Assembly (NCBI GenBank): GCA_038065455.1
Contig: JBBTQX010000010.1
Location: forward strand, 1 to 28,982
Direction: 5' to 3'
DNA length: 28,982 nt
Origin: Patescibacteria group bacterium
GTDB taxonomy: Bacteria > Patescibacteriota > Minisyncoccia > UBA6257 > GWB1-50-10
A program made the translations under genes and the position numbers. Below the pieces are notes generated by a model. It was not told the origin of the DNA. It saw only the letters and a program-made list of their open reading frames with translations, and made no database searches. Positions 1-9,133 of this stretch are shown here, in pieces (position 1 is the first letter of the stretch; each line of letters begins with the position of its first letter).

Positions 1-672
1 GTTCCGCACGATATCAACGGATTTCACCCCTACACCGTGCGTTCCACAGACCTCTAACACCCTCAAGTCTCATAGTTTTCCCGGCAACTCCGAAGTTAAG
101 CCTCGGTCTTTAACCGGAAACACATGAAACCCCCTACGCACCCTTTACGCCCAATAAATCCGGATAACGCTTGGAGCCTTCGTATTACCGCGGCTGCTGG
201 CACGAAGTTTGCAGCTCCTTATTCCTACCCTAATCAATAACTTTTTGAGGTAGAAAAGCAGTTTACGATCCGAAGACCTTCATCCTGCACGCGGCGTCGC
301 TCGATCAGGCTTTCGCCCATTGTCGAATGTTCTTGACTGCTGCCACCCGTAGGTGTACGAGCCGTGTCTCAGTCTCGTCGTTGGGGATCGGCCTCTCAGC
401 CCCCCTACCCGTCGTAGCCTTGGTGAGCTCTTACCTCACCAACAAGCTGATGGGACCTAGGCCGCTCTCAAAGCGTCTTGCGACTTTAGAATTGCTTCCA
501 CATCGGGAATTAGCGAACCTTTCGGATCGTTATGCCCGACTTTGAGGTACGTACCAGGGCGTTACTAACTCGTTCGCCACTATTCAATACAAAGCGCATT
601 GAACCGTTTGACTTGCATGCCTTATCCACACCGCCAGCGTTCATCCTGGACCAGGATCAAATCCTCTAAAAA
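1..672 (-). rRNA. rrs: 16S rRNA gene, 5' portion (continues beyond the window start)
   Basis: Reverse complements of conserved 16S sites: 515F site TTACCGCGGCTGCTGGCAC at 185-203, 341F site CTGCTGCCACCCGTAGG near 337-353, and a variant 27F site at 646-665. The 5' end is approximate. Confidence 0.98.
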
Positions 673-824
673 GAAGTTCCGTATGAAAAACCCTCGATCG
701 AGTTTCTCGTACAAAACTTCCGAATAAACAGGATAACTAAAAAAATTTTCCACATTATTGCGTAAGATTATGAACTTTTCAATAAAACATTCGGTTGGGC
801 ATCCTTTTCCTTCAGCAAGATGTA

Positions 825-852
825 ATTATAAGGAGGAGTGTAAAAATGTCAA
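825..852 (-). promoter_or_regulatory. Sigma70 promoter of the rRNA gene
   Basis: Perfect TTGACA (852-847), 16-bp spacer and TATAAT (830-825) on the minus strand, about 150 bp upstream of the 16S 5' end. Confidence 0.85.
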
Positions 853-917
853 CCAAGCAATAAGGATCGAGAGCGGGGCTTGCTAATCGTCTATTTCTGT
901 GTAAAATAATACTCGTT

Positions 918-1172
918 ATGAAAAAAGATCTTCATCCGCAATATTTCCCGAAATCCAAAGTGACCTGCGTTTGCGGAAATTCTTTCACCGTGGGTTCGAC
1001 CGTCCCCGAGATATCCGTCGAAATCTGCTCGAAATGCCATCCTTTCTACACTGGCCGCGAACAGCTGATTGATACCGCTGGTCGCGTCGAGAAATTCCGG
1101 GCCCGCCGGGAAAAAGCTCAAGCCAAACCGAAAACAATCAAAAAAGCCAGGATTGTGAAAAATAAAAAGTAA
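918..1172 (+). CDS. rpmE: 50S ribosomal protein L31 (type A, Zn-binding Cys retained)
   Basis: MKKDLHPQY...CVCG...[12 protein letters not shown]...DTAGRVEKF signature. Confidence 0.97.
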   Translation: MKKDLHPQYFPKSKVTCVCGNSFTVGSTVPEISVEICSKCHPFYTGREQLIDTAGRVEKFRARREKAQAKPKTIKKARIVKNKK

Positions 1173-1175
1173 CCC

Positions 1176-1802
1176 ATGGAACTGCAAACAAAAGCGAGAA
1201 TCATATTCGGCAAAAAGACGGAAAAATTACGCAAAGCCGGAATCATCCCCGCCGAAGTTTTCGGCCGCGGCATAAAGAACGAGCATGTGAGCGTTTCCGC
1301 TAAAGAATTTTCCAAAATTTTCAAGGAAGCCGGTGAAAACACTGTCATTAATCTTGTGGACGAGAAGGGCGCGAAAACGCCGGCCATAATAAGCGATGTT
1401 TCTTTTGACCATTTAAAAAACGAAATGCTCTCCGTCGATTTCCATCATATCCGGCTCGATGAAAAAATTCAGGCAAAAGTGCCGATTGAATTCGTAGGCG
1501 AAGCTCCTGCCGTGAAAAAAGGCTTGGTTATCATCAAAGTCATGAACGAGATAGAAGTGGAGGCTTTACCGAACGAAATTCCCCACCGCTTCGAAGTGGA
1601 TATCTCGGCTCTCGAAAATCCCGGCCAGGATATTTCCGTAAAGGATTTGAAACCGGTCGCAGGAGTGAAAATTCTCGCCAGTTCCGATGCGACTATCATA
1701 ACGGTGGCCGAATCCAGGAAAGAGGAAGTAGTTACTCCCCCGCCCGCTCCGGCGGCGGAAGCGGCCCCGGCCGAAGCGCCGGAAACGAAGGAAAAAGCGT
1801 AA
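1176..1802 (+). CDS. rplY: 50S ribosomal protein L25 / general stress protein Ctc
   Basis: LRKAGIIPAEVFG and SVDF motifs, the TL5-like C-domain VPIEFVGEAPAVKKG...IP...VDISAL, and an Ala/Glu-rich tail. Confidence 0.93.
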   Translation: MELQTKARIIFGKKTEKLRKAGIIPAEVFGRGIKNEHVSVSAKEFSKIFKEAGENTVINLVDEKGAKTPAIISDVSFDHLKNEMLSVDFHHIRLDEKIQAKVPIEFVGEAPAVKKGLVIIKVMNEIEVEALPNEIPHRFEVDISALENPGQDISVKDLKPVAGVKILASSDATIITVAESRKEEVVTPPPAPAAEAAPAEAPETKEKA

Positions 1803-1856
1803 CTCTAAAGTTACGCTTTCGTTTTACCAAGCAGCGGAAATGCTATGATAGATATT

Positions 1857-3245
1857 ATGAAGCGAATTTTCCTCGGATTGGCGATTATCACCGCCTTTTT
1901 TTGGCTGGCAAGCCCGGCTGTTGGCAAGGCCCAAACAGAATCCATAAGTACCAGCACCCAAACCGAATCTGCCAGCGCTCCCGTCTCCCAATCCCAATCG
2001 GAGAGAAGCGCGCTTGAACAGCAGCTCGCCGACTTGGAAAAAGAAATTGAGACTAACCAGCAAAAAATCGACGAATACCAGAAACAGGGCAAAACCCTGA
2101 CCGGCGAGATAGGTTCTTTAAACGCCAAAGTCAACAAAATCAATCTTCAAATCAAAGCGATCAATCTCCAGCTTTCCAATCTCGGCAGCCGGATAACCGA
2201 TACCCAAAAAAATATAAACCGAACCGAAAACCAAATAGATAATCATAAGAATGCCATCGGGAAATCTTTAAGAATCATCTACGAATCCGACCGGGAAACC
2301 TTGGTGGGAATATTGCTCGCCAACGACAACTTCTCGGATTTTTTCGGCAATCTTAACGATATCACGCTCGTTCAAACTAATTTAAGGTCATCATTGGAAG
2401 AAATAACCAACCTCCGCCAGAATCTTCTGCAACAGAAAGAAGAGCTTTCTTCGGAAAAAACCGACGCGGAAAATCTGAAAGCAATCCAGGAGGCCCAACA
2501 AAGGAATGCGAAGGCCGTCCAAAGCCAGAAAAATACCCTTCTAAAAGAAACTAAAGGCAAAGAGTCGGTGTACCAAAAAATCGTTGCGGAGAAAAAAGCG
2601 ACGGCGGCCGAAATTCGGACCCGCATCTTCGAACTTTTAGGCGGCGGCGAATTGACCTTCCAAAAGGCCTACGATTATGCCAAGCTCGCCGAAGGAGCAA
2701 CGGGCGTCCGATCCGCCTTGGTTCTCGCTATTCTGGATCGGGAATCTAAGTTGGGAAAAAATGTCGGCCGGTGTTCCTATAAAAAAGCAATGCATCCGAC
2801 GCGCGACATTCCCTATTTCACGACTCTGCTCGCGGCCCTCGGCATCGATTCGGATTCCCAATCAGCCTATGTATCCTGCGCTAACAGCCACGGTGCCTAC
2901 GGCGGCGCGATGGGGCCGGCTCAATTCATTCCTTCCACTTGGAAGCTTTATACCAATTCAGTTTCGAAAGTCACGGGCAACAATCCCGCGAACCCTTGGA
3001 ACAATTCCGACGCCTTCGCGGCCACCGCGCTCTACATGAAAGACTTGCTTGCCTCCCAAAGTTGTAAGGATTATGCCAATGCGAACAAGAATGTCGCGTC
3101 CTATCAAACACTTTCGGAAAGGTGCGCGGCGGCAAAATATTACTCCGGCGGCCGCTGGTATATCTACCGCTTCTGGTACGGCCAGCCGGTTGTAGATAAG
3201 GCCAACGATTTCCAGGAGGATATCGATACCCTGAACGGTAAATAA
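1857..3245 (+). CDS. Secreted PcsB/CwlO-like coiled-coil protein with C-terminal lytic transglycosylase (SLT/MltB-like) domain
   Basis: Signal peptide, long coiled coil, catalytic-type ILDRES and GAMGPAQFIPSTW motifs. Start placed at 1857 because the ATG at 1845 lies inside a TGcTATGAT extended -10. Confidence 0.85.
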   Translation: MKRIFLGLAIITAFFWLASPAVGKAQTESISTSTQTESASAPVSQSQSERSALEQQLADLEKEIETNQQKIDEYQKQGKTLTGEIGSLNAKVNKINLQIKAINLQLSNLGSRITDTQKNINRTENQIDNHKNAIGKSLRIIYESDRETLVGILLANDNFSDFFGNLNDITLVQTNLRSSLEEITNLRQNLLQQKEELSSEKTDAENLKAIQEAQQRNAKAVQSQKNTLLKETKGKESVYQKIVAEKKATAAEIRTRIFELLGGGELTFQKAYDYAKLAEGATGVRSALVLAILDRESKLGKNVGRCSYKKAMHPTRDIPYFTTLLAALGIDSDSQSAYVSCANSHGAYGGAMGPAQFIPSTWKLYTNSVSKVTGNNPANPWNNSDAFAATALYMKDLLASQSCKDYANANKNVASYQTLSERCAAAKYYSGGRWYIYRFWYGQPVVDKANDFQEDIDTLNGK

Positions 3246-3259
3246 TTTTATAATTTTTA

Positions 3260-3997
3260 TCAGGATTCCTTCTGAAAGGCTTTTACTACGGGTTCGAAAT
3301 CCCCCTCCAGAATTTTCTCTATGTTGTGCCACTTCTTGCCGATGCGGTGGTCGGTAATGCGATCGTCGGGAAAATTATACGTTCTGATTTTTTCCGAGCG
3401 GTCGCCCGAACCGATTTGATTGTTCCGAAGTTCCGATATCGAGCCCACGGATTGTTTTTGCGCCTCATCATAGAGTATCGAGCGAAGCATTTCTATCGCC
3501 TTCTCCCGATTCGCATGCTGGGAACGTTCCGCCCGGCACGATACGACGATACCCGTAGGCTTATGCAAAACCCGAACTGCGGTTTCCACCTTATTGACGT
3601 TCTGCCCGCCGGGGCCGCCTGCCCGAGAAAAGGTGAATTCCAAATCACCGTCTTTCATATCAACTGCTTTAGCCTCTACCACGGGCAATACCGCAACCGA
3701 AGCGGTTGAGGTGTGAATTCTGCCCTGTCGTTCCGTGTCCGGCACGCGCTGGACGCGATGCACGCCGGACTCGTGTTTCAGCGCGTCATAAACGCCCAAG
3801 CCGGAAACCTCGGCCACAAGAGTCTTATAACCCTTTGCGCCGGATTCCGATGCATCGAGGGTAGAAAAAACCCAACTCTTTTTCAAGGCATATTTTTGGT
3901 ACATCCGCGCGAGATCGCCGGCAAAGAGCGAGGCTTCGTCGCCCCCCGTTCCGGCCCGAATCTCTAAGATTATCTTATTTATATTCTGCGATCCCAT
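3260..3997 (-). CDS. prfA: Peptide chain release factor 1, N-terminally shortened (PCRF + RF-1 domains)
   Basis: [28 protein letters not shown] (PxT recognition loop), [10 protein letters not shown] (GGQ) and [11 protein letters not shown] motifs; only 245 aa. Confidence 0.88.
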   Translation of the reverse strand: MGSQNINKIILEIRAGTGGDEASLFAGDLARMYQKYALKKSWVFSTLDASESGAKGYKTLVAEVSGLGVYDALKHESGVHRVQRVPDTERQGRIHTSTASVAVLPVVEAKAVDMKDGDLEFTFSRAGGPGGQNVNKVETAVRVLHKPTGIVVSCRAERSQHANREKAIEMLRSILYDEAQKQSVGSISELRNNQIGSGDRSEKIRTYNFPDDRITDHRIGKKWHNIEKILEGDFEPVVKAFQKES

Positions 3998-4054
3998 TTA
4001 GAACAATTAAACAGTATTATAAAAATAACCGCAACTAATTTCTTGTTTTTTATC

Positions 4055-4090
4055 TATCACAAATAGAAGCCTAGGCTTCTATTTGTGATA
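4055..4090. repeat. Perfect 36-bp intergenic palindrome
   Basis: TATCACAAATAGAAGCCT|AGGCTTCTATTTGTGATA between fba and prfA. Confidence 0.9.
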
Positions 4091-4110
4091 ATAATCGGAA
4101 TTTATAAAAT

Positions 4111-5016
4111 TTATTGGAATTTATTAAATAACCTTAATTTTCTCTCCACAATCTCTTCTATTTTCGAAATCGCGTCCGGGGTGAGTTTGTAGGGCGCCAC
4201 TTCGTTCGGTTTTTCCAGCAAATCTTTTTCCAATCCCTGCCGCCAAGCGGCGCGCAGTTCCGTCGAGATATGGACCATGGAAATTCCGGCATCAATCGCG
4301 GCAAGGATGTCTCCATCGGTGTTGCCGGAAGCGCCGTGAAGCACGAGCGGAATGCCGACCGATTTTTTGATTGCCCTAATTCTTTCTATATCAAGCGCCG
4401 GATCGGGTGTATTCGCATACATCCCATGAATATTCCCGACCGCGGGTGCGAGCAAATCCACGCCGGTTTCTTTCACGAACCTTGCGGCCTCTTCCGGCTT
4501 TGTGAAATCTTCCGGCTTGATTGCCGCTCCCTCCGGAATACCCTCCCTGATCTCCGAAGCGCTTCCGATATAGCCCAGTTCGCCTTCGAGGAGAATTTCT
4601 TTTTTCCAGAATCTGAAACCCCGTTTTACCAAATCTGCCGCCAGCTTCGTCTGCCTGATGTTTTCTTCAAACGAAAGTTTTTCCCCGTCAAAAAGCACTT
4701 CGTCAAAATCCAAATCCGCCGCGACTGCGGCATTTTCCAAAGAATGGGTGTGATCGGCATTCAAGAAAAGCCAGAAACCTTCTCCGTCGGCTGACGGATT
4801 ACCATGTTCTTTGTTGTAGCTATCAATCAAATCCCGAACATGGTGAATACCGATAAAATCGCGCTCGCCCTCGGAAACGCCGATTACGACCGGCACCTTC
4901 AGCCTCATTGCCGCGTGCGCAATTCCCTTCAGCTGTTCCAAATTGGAAATATTAAAATGCCCGAGAGCAATCTTATTTTTCTCGGCTTCCTTTATGGCTT
5001 TTTTCAAACTTCTCAT
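4111..5016 (-). CDS. fba: Class II fructose-bisphosphate aldolase family protein
   Basis: GHFNISNLE, NADH, EGELGYIG, LAPAVGNIHG and LVLHGASG motifs. Confidence 0.9.
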   Translation of the reverse strand: MRSLKKAIKEAEKNKIALGHFNISNLEQLKGIAHAAMRLKVPVVIGVSEGERDFIGIHHVRDLIDSYNKEHGNPSADGEGFWLFLNADHTHSLENAAVAADLDFDEVLFDGEKLSFEENIRQTKLAADLVKRGFRFWKKEILLEGELGYIGSASEIREGIPEGAAIKPEDFTKPEEAARFVKETGVDLLAPAVGNIHGMYANTPDPALDIERIRAIKKSVGIPLVLHGASGNTDGDILAAIDAGISMVHISTELRAAWRQGLEKDLLEKPNEVAPYKLTPDAISKIEEIVERKLRLFNKFQ

Positions 5017-5031
5017 TAACTTAATTATAAC

Positions 5032-6288
5032 TTATATCTCAAAATAACCCTGCAATAGATATTCTTTCGCGAACTTCTCCAGTTCTTCGAAGCTGAAGTA
5101 TTCCGAAAAGACGCGGTTCCAGAGCGCCTCCTCGTGATGATAGAGATACTTCACCATTTCCTTTTCTTTAACGAGGCTCATCACCGTATCCACCAGATTA
5201 AAGCTCACGAGCGTATCATTCCCCACCTCATCCTTAAAATAATCGCCGACCCAATCCAATCCCGCCCAAAAACTCAAATCCACGCTCTTGCCATCCAAGG
5301 CCTCGCCGAGTTTCAGCACATCGTGTCCCGCCTTCGTCCAATGAATCGCTTCGGGATTCACATGCGGTGCGAAAAGCCGCCAATCGTTTTCATCGTCCTT
5401 GGCCAAATAGCGCTGAATCACGAGCCAGAGGGTTTTCTCACCCTCCGGAAATCGGCGGTCAGGCACATCTCCCCGCAGAAGCGAAATAATATTTTCCGAG
5501 AATGTTTCCGGAAACTCCGCGTTTTTTTTGAAAAGTTCCGAATAGAAGGGTATTTCGTGGAGATAGTGAAAAATAAGGCTGATCATTCTTAAAAGTTCGC
5601 CCGAAATTCCCAAGGCAACCGGAATGACAAAGACTACGCCCATTTCTTTCAGGTGGCTGATATTATGCTTCTTTTTCACGACGAAGGCCGAGGCCGCCTT
5701 GCCCCATTTTTCGGAAAGTGCCTGAACCACAATCTCCCGCTCTTCGAAATCAGCCGACGTGAGGCTTTCATATTGCTTGAAAAAAATGCCGTTCAGCCAC
5801 TCGCTTCCTTCCACAAAACGGAGAGCGCTGTATATTTCAAAAAGGTCTTCCTTCTCCAACATTTCATCCACCGTTCCATAACCGAGATATTCCATCACTT
5901 TCTTCGGTGGCTCATTTTTCAGAAACTCGATTGCTTTCCCCCTTCGAAGAAAAAAGCCATGGTTTGTGCCCGCCACTTTCTTCATTATCTCCAGTATCCG
6001 CGTGCAATCGCCTTGGATGCAGAAAGACGGCCGGCCAAGCGCTTCAAATATAAGATGGTCATCGGCTTCAATTTTCGAGATGAGCGCGTCATAAACCTCC
6101 TTCGCTTGGGCATCTTTGGCCACGCCCAACTTCAAAAGCCGGTCGTTTATCAAAGACTCGTTCTCCGCCACAATCTTTTCCATTATGCCATCCTTGCCCG
6201 TCAGGACGGAAAGATGGCGCTCTATTTTGGCCAAAAATCCCTTGTCGGCCCGCAAAATCTTCGCGATCTTCTCGGAAGCGACTGTCAT
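5032..6288 (-). CDS. Hypothetical protein (418 aa) whose start overlaps the PfkB kinase stop
   Basis: Long ORF with a 4-bp ATGA overlap at the upstream stop; no family recognised. Confidence 0.8.
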   Translation of the reverse strand: MTVASEKIAKILRADKGFLAKIERHLSVLTGKDGIMEKIVAENESLINDRLLKLGVAKDAQAKEVYDALISKIEADDHLIFEALGRPSFCIQGDCTRILEIMKKVAGTNHGFFLRRGKAIEFLKNEPPKKVMEYLGYGTVDEMLEKEDLFEIYSALRFVEGSEWLNGIFFKQYESLTSADFEEREIVVQALSEKWGKAASAFVVKKKHNISHLKEMGVVFVIPVALGISGELLRMISLIFHYLHEIPFYSELFKKNAEFPETFSENIISLLRGDVPDRRFPEGEKTLWLVIQRYLAKDDENDWRLFAPHVNPEAIHWTKAGHDVLKLGEALDGKSVDLSFWAGLDWVGDYFKDEVGNDTLVSFNLVDTVMSLVKEKEMVKYLYHHEEALWNRVFSEYFSFEELEKFAKEYLLQGYFEI

Positions 6289-7274
6289 ACTTTTTCCGTT
6301 CTTATTTTCAAATTATTCCACCGTGGCTTCCAAAAATCGGATATTTTGAGCGTCCCCTCGGTTGCCCCGACATGTTCCACGACCGAGGTGGCATTCGCGC
6401 TTGCGAGCCGGATGGCGTATTTTACGTCCCCGCCGGATTTAATCAGCCCGGCCGTAAAGCCCGAACCGAAAGCATCTCCCGCGCCCGTGCGGTCAACTAG
6501 TTTATTTTCCCTGAAAGCCGGCGCCCGATAGATAAGTTTGCCATCCGAAACCGTCACGCCCTTCGCTCCGTTCGTGACCGCGACAATACCGGGCATAAGC
6601 GCGTCCAGTTTTTTGAAAACTTGGCGTTCTTTGGAAAAAGGCAGGCCGGTCAAAATTGCCGCTTCTTCCTCGTTCAAAATAAGAAAAGAGATGTCTTTGA
6701 GATTTTTGAGAATTTCTTTCGGATAATGTTTCAAATGGTATCCGCTCGGATTGAAAGCCACTGAAATTTTGTTTTTCCGCGCGAAGGCGATCAGTTTCCC
6801 TAAAAATCTCGTCGATTCGCCCGAGAGCGACAAGTACCACCACTTGGCCTTGAGCCGCTTCAGATAAAAATCACTGATATTGAAAAGGCCGGAAGCGCCG
6901 TGATAGCCCAGTATCGTCCGTTCGCCGTCTTTCAAAAGCAGGACGGAATAGCCCGTCGGAAGCTCGTCTGTCTTAGTAATCAGATTGGTGTCCACGCCTT
7001 CCCCGTTCAGACGCCGGCGGATTTCCCGGCCACCCGGGTCGTCTCCCGTTTTTCCGGCGCAGGCCGTATCGAATCCGAGCCGGCTGAAAGCCACCGCGGC
7101 ATTGGCCGAATTTCCGCCGATAGTGAAATAGATGCTATCCACTTCCAGCTTTTCGCCGAGCGGCAAAACAATGGCTTTCTTCGACGGTGTTTTTTTCCAA
7201 GGAATAGTTTGAAATTTCGGCGCTTCGAAAAAAGCATCCCGCTTCACCGAACCAATGGTAATAACATCAAACAT
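6285..7274 (-). CDS. PfkB/ribokinase-family carbohydrate kinase
   Basis: GGNSANAAVAFSRLG (signature 1) and DRTGAGDAFGSGF (signature 2). Confidence 0.93.
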   Translation of the reverse strand: MFDVITIGSVKRDAFFEAPKFQTIPWKKTPSKKAIVLPLGEKLEVDSIYFTIGGNSANAAVAFSRLGFDTACAGKTGDDPGGREIRRRLNGEGVDTNLITKTDELPTGYSVLLLKDGERTILGYHGASGLFNISDFYLKRLKAKWWYLSLSGESTRFLGKLIAFARKNKISVAFNPSGYHLKHYPKEILKNLKDISFLILNEEEAAILTGLPFSKERQVFKKLDALMPGIVAVTNGAKGVTVSDGKLIYRAPAFRENKLVDRTGAGDAFGSGFTAGLIKSGGDVKYAIRLASANATSVVEHVGATEGTLKISDFWKPRWNNLKIRTEKV

Positions 7275-7357
7275 CTATCAAATTATATAACAATTACCCC
7301 ATGGAGTCCTGTTTTTTTACCTGAGGTGTACGAACTAAGGTAATTTAAAATTTGACT

Positions 7358-7378
7358 TTACGAGGTTAAACCTCGTAA
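7358..7378. repeat. REP-like palindrome, family 1, upstream of the transposase
   Basis: TTACGAGGTT-A-AACCTCGTAA. Confidence 0.9.
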
Positions 7379-7391
7379 GATTATAAATAAT

Positions 7392-8102
7392 ATGAAACAA
7401 CCAATTTTTGCCGACAATCAAATCTATCATGTTTATAATAGGGGGGTTGAAAAACGTAATATATTTTTAGATGACCAAGATAGATTTAGATTTATTCACG
7501 ATCTTTTCGAATTTAACGACGAAACTCCGGCGGCAAATATATATTATAAGTTTAATAAACTCGTTGGATTTCAATCTTACGAGGTTAAACCTCGTAAGAT
7601 TGAAAGAGAACCCAGAAAAACACTCATAAACATTTTAGCTTTTTGTTTAATGCCAAATCATTTTCATTTACTTTTGCAACAGAGAAAAGAAAATGGAATT
7701 GTTAAATTTATGCAAAAGTTGGGCACTGGTTATACCATGAGCTTCAATCAAAAATATGAAAGAAGCGGTTCTCTATTTCAAGGAACTTATAAGGCGATTT
7801 TAGTTGAAAAAGACTCTCATTTTATTCATCTCCCCTATTATATTCATCTTAATTCTTTAGATATCAAATTTCCTGAATGGCGAGAAAGAGAAATTAAAAA
7901 TTATAAAGAAGCGATGGATTTTTTGGAAAATTACCACTGGTCAAGTTTTCCGGATTATATCGGCAAAAAGAATTTTCCTTCAGTAACCCAAAGAAAAATC
8001 CTTTTGGAATTTTTCGGCGGTCCTGAACAATACAAAAAAGATACCATTAAATGGCTCAAAGAAATGAATTTAGAGGGAATTAAAGATTTAATTTTAGAAT
8101 AA
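7392..8102 (+). mobile_element. REP-associated tyrosine (HUH, Y1/IS200-like) transposase, RAYT-like
   Basis: YHVYNRGVEKRNIF, CLMPNHFHLLL (HUH), RSGSLFQG, YIHLN (putative catalytic Tyr) and WSS motifs. Visibly AT-rich, antisense to its neighbours, and flanked by palindromes. Confidence 0.9.
7569..7605. repeat. REP-like palindrome, family 1, inside the transposase CDS
   Basis: TTTCAATCTTACGAGGTT-A-AACCTCGTAAGATTGAAA (18-bp perfect arms). Confidence 0.92.
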
Positions 8103-8116
8103 CGAGATTTGGTCTT

Positions 8117-8139
8117 CTTACGAGGTTAAACCTCATAAG
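8117..8139. repeat. REP-like palindrome, family 1, downstream of the transposase and overlapping the transketolase stop
   Basis: CTTACGAGGTT-A-AACCTCATAAG (one mismatch). Confidence 0.9.
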
Positions 8140-9133
8140 TTCTCTTCAGGACTTTTTCCACCGCTTTTTTTATGTCTTTCACACCCATTCCGTATTTCTC
8201 TATGAGTTCTTCGGGACTGCCCGATTCGCCGAAAGTGTCTTTTAATCCGATAAATTCCATCGGTACCGGCCGGTGTTTTGCGAGCAGTTCCGCCACCGCG
8301 CCGCCCAATCCGCCGTGAATTTGATGTTCCTCCACTGTCACGACTGCGGGATATTTTTCAACTAATTCTAAAATGGTTTTTTCATCCAGCGGCTTTACGG
8401 ATGGGCTGTTTAAAACCACCGTGCCGATTTTCTCCTTTTCCAGTTCTTTGGCCGCGAGAAGCGCGTTATAAACCAGCGCTCCGCAGGCGATGATTACCGC
8501 TTGCGGTTTTTTCGACATCCAAAACGCTTGCGCCTTGCCGGGCGTAAACGGCGTTTCTTCCGTCGTAATCACGGGCGATTTCTCGCGGGCGAAACGCAAG
8601 TAGACCGGGCCCCAGATCTTCGCGGCCGCGACTGTCGCTTTTCTCGCTTCGAGCGCATCGCACGGCACGAAGACCTTCATATTCGGTATCACTCGCATGA
8701 TTGCGATATCCTCCGTTGCCTGGTGCGTCGCGCCGTCCGGCCCCACGGAAATGCCCGCGTGATGCCCCGCAATCTTCACGTTGGAATCGTTATAGGCGAT
8801 GGTGGTGCGGATCTGCTCGTAATTCCGGCCCGGAGAAAAAGTGGCGTAAGAGGCGATGAAGGGAATTTTTCCGGAAACCCCGAGACCCGCCGCGATCGTC
8901 GCCATATTCTGCTCGGCCACTCCGATTTCGAAAAACCGCTCCGGGAATTTTTTCGAAAACGCTTCGCTCCGGGTGGATTCCATGAGATCCGCGCAAAGCG
9001 CGACCACGTTTTTATCCGAATCGCCGGCCAACACTATTCCGTCACCATAGCCGTCTCGGATTGGTTTTTGTTCCACATCAGCATCAAATAACTTGGGATT
9101 TAGATGTAATTGTGGATTTAACATATTATTCAT
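8126..9133 (-). CDS. Transketolase, C-terminal (pyrimidine-binding) subunit
   Basis: RFFEIGVAEQNM, GPDGATHQATED, GPVYLR and VTVEEHQIHGGLG motifs. Confidence 0.93.
   Translation of the reverse strand: MNNMLNPQLHLNPKLFDADVEQKPIRDGYGDGIVLAGDSDKNVVALCADLMESTRSEAFSKKFPERFFEIGVAEQNMATIAAGLGVSGKIPFIASYATFSPGRNYEQIRTTIAYNDSNVKIAGHHAGISVGPDGATHQATEDIAIMRVIPNMKVFVPCDALEARKATVAAAKIWGPVYLRFAREKSPVITTEETPFTPGKAQAFWMSKKPQAVIIACGALVYNALLAAKELEKEKIGTVVLNSPSVKPLDEKTILELVEKYPAVVTVEEHQIHGGLGGAVAELLAKHRPVPMEFIGLKDTFGESGSPEELIEKYGMGVKDIKKAVEKVLKRTYEV

Noticed and set aside
327-545. 72-aa ORF on the plus strand
   Set aside because: It is antisense to the 16S rRNA gene and spurious.
1-672. Possible intron or insertion in the 16S gene, as is common in CPR
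   Set aside because: Conserved sites are spaced at or below E. coli distances, so there is no insertion in the visible part.
5653-6531. 292-aa plus-strand ORF and the many other overlapping ORFs in the track
   Set aside because: They are shadows of well-supported genes on the other strand or frame and carry no recognisable motifs.
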